Positions 24,588 to 26,608 of a DNA stretch of 26,608 nt are shown in pieces. The stretch is from an archaeon (GTDB lineage: Archaea > Nanobdellota > Nanobdellia > Pacearchaeales > GW2011-AR1), in contig DAHVOT010000001.1 of NCBI GenBank assembly GCA_027318675.1, forward strand, positions 1-26,608, given 5' to 3'. Both the position numbers and the translations under genes were made by a program. Every line of letters starts with the position of its first letter. Within the stretch, counting starts at the first letter, position 1. The notes beneath the pieces were generated by a model. The model worked only from the letters and a program-made list of their open reading frames with translations. It was not told the DNA's origin and did no database searches.

Positions 24588-25339
24588 TTTTTATTTTCTC
24601 CTAATTTGTCTTCAAGTTCTTTTACTGCTTTTTCAGTATAAACTGCTACTCTTCCTAGGCCCCCTTTAGCTAAATCGCTTACGCTTAATTCATTTGCTTT
24701 TTTAACATCAAATAATCCTGTTTTTAGTTTTTCATCTTTTCCGATAATTAGAATCATTCCTGCATTAGTTTGATATTTTCTTCCCCTCATCTTTCCTCTT
24801 CCTGCTCTCACAGATTTTTCTTTTATTGAAATAAAATATAAATTTCCAAGAGTATTTTTTAATTCATTAAGCATTTCTTTTGTTTTCTTTTTCATTAAAT
24901 CTGAAGAAACAATGAAGGGAGTTTTTTTATCTAATTTATCGATTGTTGAATATTTCTTAAGAATATATTTTTCCGATGCAGTTGCAGATATAGAGGATAA
25001 TAATGCAATTTTCAATTCTTTTTTATTTATTTTTAAATCTCTTGTAAACTGAGTTATCTTTGGAGGATGAGCTCTCATACCTCCTTTAGCTTGAGGAACT
25101 TCAGCACCCTGCCAGTTAAATTGTGAACCTCTTCTTGAGAATATTTTTCTTGGTACCCTTGATTGCCCTCTCCCATATCCGCTTCTCCATACATGTCTTG
25201 CATGAACAATCAATCCTTTTGCCGAATGTTGTTTTCCAGCAACAGGAGAATTAGAATAAGGTTGTTGTTTTTTCTTTGCTTCAAGAACTTTTGAAACAAT
25301 ATCTTCTCTTATTTTTGATTCAAATATTTTTGATTTCAT
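24584..25339 (-). CDS. rpl4: 50S ribosomal protein uL4 (short N-terminus)
   Basis: GRGQSRVPR, GGMRAHPP, KINKKE, RAGRGKMRGR, LAKGG..R..VYT. Confidence 0.95.
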   Translation of the reverse strand: MKSKIFESKIREDIVSKVLEAKKKQQPYSNSPVAGKQHSAKGLIVHARHVWRSGYGRGQSRVPRKIFSRRGSQFNWQGAEVPQAKGGMRAHPPKITQFTRDLKINKKELKIALLSSISATASEKYILKKYSTIDKLDKKTPFIVSSDLMKKKTKEMLNELKNTLGNLYFISIKEKSVRAGRGKMRGRKYQTNAGMILIIGKDEKLKTGLFDVKKANELSVSDLAKGGLGRVAVYTEKAVKELEDKLGENKK

Positions 25340-25341
25340 TT

Positions 25342-26295
25342 TTATCTTTTAACCTCCACAAATTCAAATATTTTTTTCTTCTGCATTTTGCTAGGTCTTA
25401 ATGAAGAAGTTAATAATATCTGCCTCTTTGCAGGACCCTGAACACTTCCATAAACAATAATATAATCCGTGTTTGTTTCTCCATAATTTTTAATATTTTT
25501 TAATTTATTCTCAGAATCTTCTGCTTTAACCATTTGTAATATTTTTTGATTGTAATGTACTCTTGTAAACATACCCAATTGCCCAGCCATAGGTACATGG
25601 AAAGTTACACGTGCTGGATGCCAAGGGCCAATACTTCCTACTTTTCTTACTCCTTTCTCAGATTTATGAAATCTTAAAGTTATCCCGAATCTTTTTACAG
25701 GACCAGCAAATCCTTTTCCTTTAGTCAAACCCCTTACATCAACTAATTCGCCTTGAGAGAAAACATCATTTATGGATATTTCTTTGTTTAAATGGGATTT
25801 AATGAAGTTTAATTTGTCTTCAGTTGTTCCTGTTAAACCTATTTCAGTTAAATCAGGTGTTTTTTTTATCTTAGTTTTTTTAGCTTGAGAATAAGCAATT
25901 ACAGTTACATCATCGTATTCTCCAGAATTTAAATTTTCTGCAGGGTTTTTACCCTGTTTTGGAAGTTTAACAATTCTTTTTAGTTCTTTATCAACATGTT
26001 CAGCAAGCACATCTTTTGCAACTTTTCCATTTTTATAGAATCTTATAGAAAATATTTTCATTGGAGGGCATTCTATAATTGTTGATGGAATAATAATTCT
26101 TTTGTCTTTAGTCATGGAATTCGGGGTCAAATCTTTAACTTCAACAGAAGCCATACCAGCTTTATATCCGATAAATCCTTTAATATTCTTTCCAGAACTA
26201 ATTCCTTTCCAGTTTACACTAGGTAAAAATTTACTGACCCTTTTTCTTGGCCAGAACTGCAAACTTCCTTTTCTTGGTGATTTTGGAGGTGCCAT
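25342..26295 (-). CDS. rpl3: 50S ribosomal protein uL3
   Basis: PRKGSLQFWPRKR, GYKAGM, TKGKGFAGPVKRFG, GSIGPWHP, GSVQGPAKR. Confidence 0.98.
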   Translation of the reverse strand: MAPPKSPRKGSLQFWPRKRVSKFLPSVNWKGISSGKNIKGFIGYKAGMASVEVKDLTPNSMTKDKRIIIPSTIIECPPMKIFSIRFYKNGKVAKDVLAEHVDKELKRIVKLPKQGKNPAENLNSGEYDDVTVIAYSQAKKTKIKKTPDLTEIGLTGTTEDKLNFIKSHLNKEISINDVFSQGELVDVRGLTKGKGFAGPVKRFGITLRFHKSEKGVRKVGSIGPWHPARVTFHVPMAGQLGMFTRVHYNQKILQMVKAEDSENKLKNIKNYGETNTDYIIVYGSVQGPAKRQILLTSSLRPSKMQKKKIFEFVEVKR

Positions 26296-26365
26296 TTCTT
26301 ATATTTGTTAATAGTGCGGATATCATTTTATCCTACCCTGGAATAGTATTTCAAGAAAAAAGGGG

Positions 26366-26380
26366 TTTAAAAACCTTATC
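26366..26380 (-). promoter_or_regulatory. Putative BRE/TATA promoter of the ribosomal superoperon
   Basis: Minus strand GATAAGG-TTTTTAAA, near-identical to the aglB promoter; lies ~70 nt upstream of the rpl3 ATG, implying a ~49-nt leader. Confidence 0.6.
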
Positions 26381-26419
26381 TATTGTATTTTTCTAATTTT
26401 TATAAAAAATATTTTTTAT

Positions 26420-26601
26420 TTAAGCAGCAAGTTCCAAATACTTTTCTGATTTATTCCCATCTATATCTGCTCTTCTTAATATTTTTCCAACTCTTTTTGA
26501 TTTTTCTCTTATTAATGCAAAATCCTCTGAGTTTTTTAGTTCAGTAGGTATCTCAATTTTATCAACTAAAAAATCGTGGGCTATCTTTGCCGTTTTAAAT
26601 T
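26420..26601 (-). CDS. C-terminal 60 codons of an unassigned protein (FKTAKIAHDFLVDKIEIP...YLELAA)
   Basis: Open frame with protein-like composition ending in TAA at 26420-26422; not in the supplied track; 5' end cut by the contig end. Confidence 0.6.
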
Positions 26602-26608
26602 AGATCGG
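26602..26608 (+). other. Probable Illumina adapter remnant (AGATCGG)
   Basis: The terminal 7 nt equal the start of the TruSeq read-through AGATCGGAAGAGC and create the only stop interrupting the terminal ORF. Confidence 0.7.

Noticed and set aside
14124-26311. Plus-strand F/L/S-rich ORFs opposite secY and r-protein genes (e.g. 19777-20274, 21394-21753)
   Set aside because: Hydrophobic-looking products arise from the complement of Lys/Glu codons.
26402-26419. Perfect 18-bp palindrome ATAAAAAATATTTTTTAT after the terminal ORF
   Set aside because: AT-only and likely by chance in this composition; may act as a terminator but is not supportable.
1-26608. CRISPR arrays, IS elements, integrases, tRNA/rRNA genes, recoded stop codons
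   Set aside because: None seen; TGA, TAA and TAG all end conserved genes at expected positions.

Overview
AT-rich archaeal fragment, most consistent with a DPANN lineage (probably Pacearchaeota/Woesearchaeota-like; inferred from gene content and protein style). Left ~10 kb: an N-glycosylation locus with aglH, aglB, two GT4s, two GT2s, a radical SAM enzyme and a SAM methyltransferase, plus a convergent partial GT2. Middle: a SpoIIM-like membrane protein divergent from ribose-1,5-bisphosphate isomerase, prefoldin alpha with a His/Cys-rich tail, a DUF106 (EMC3/TMCO1) insertase and secY. Right ~12 kb: the archaeal rpl3-to-rpl15 ribosomal superoperon on the minus strand. Most unusual: (1) the operon's only three spacers over 50 nt precede the 30S-head genes rps19, rps3 and rps14; each carries a 16-19 codon ORF running into the downstream start and the same ungapped 22-nt motif before the Shine-Dalgarno; (2) an 89-aa orphan gene is coupled between rpl14 and rpl24; (3) the SUI1 gene has foreign-looking composition; (4) prefoldin alpha ends in a metallothionein-like tail; (5) one TATA box sits exactly midway between two divergent start codons. 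The last 7 nt look like Illumina adapter. No tRNA, rRNA, CRISPR array or mobile element was seen.
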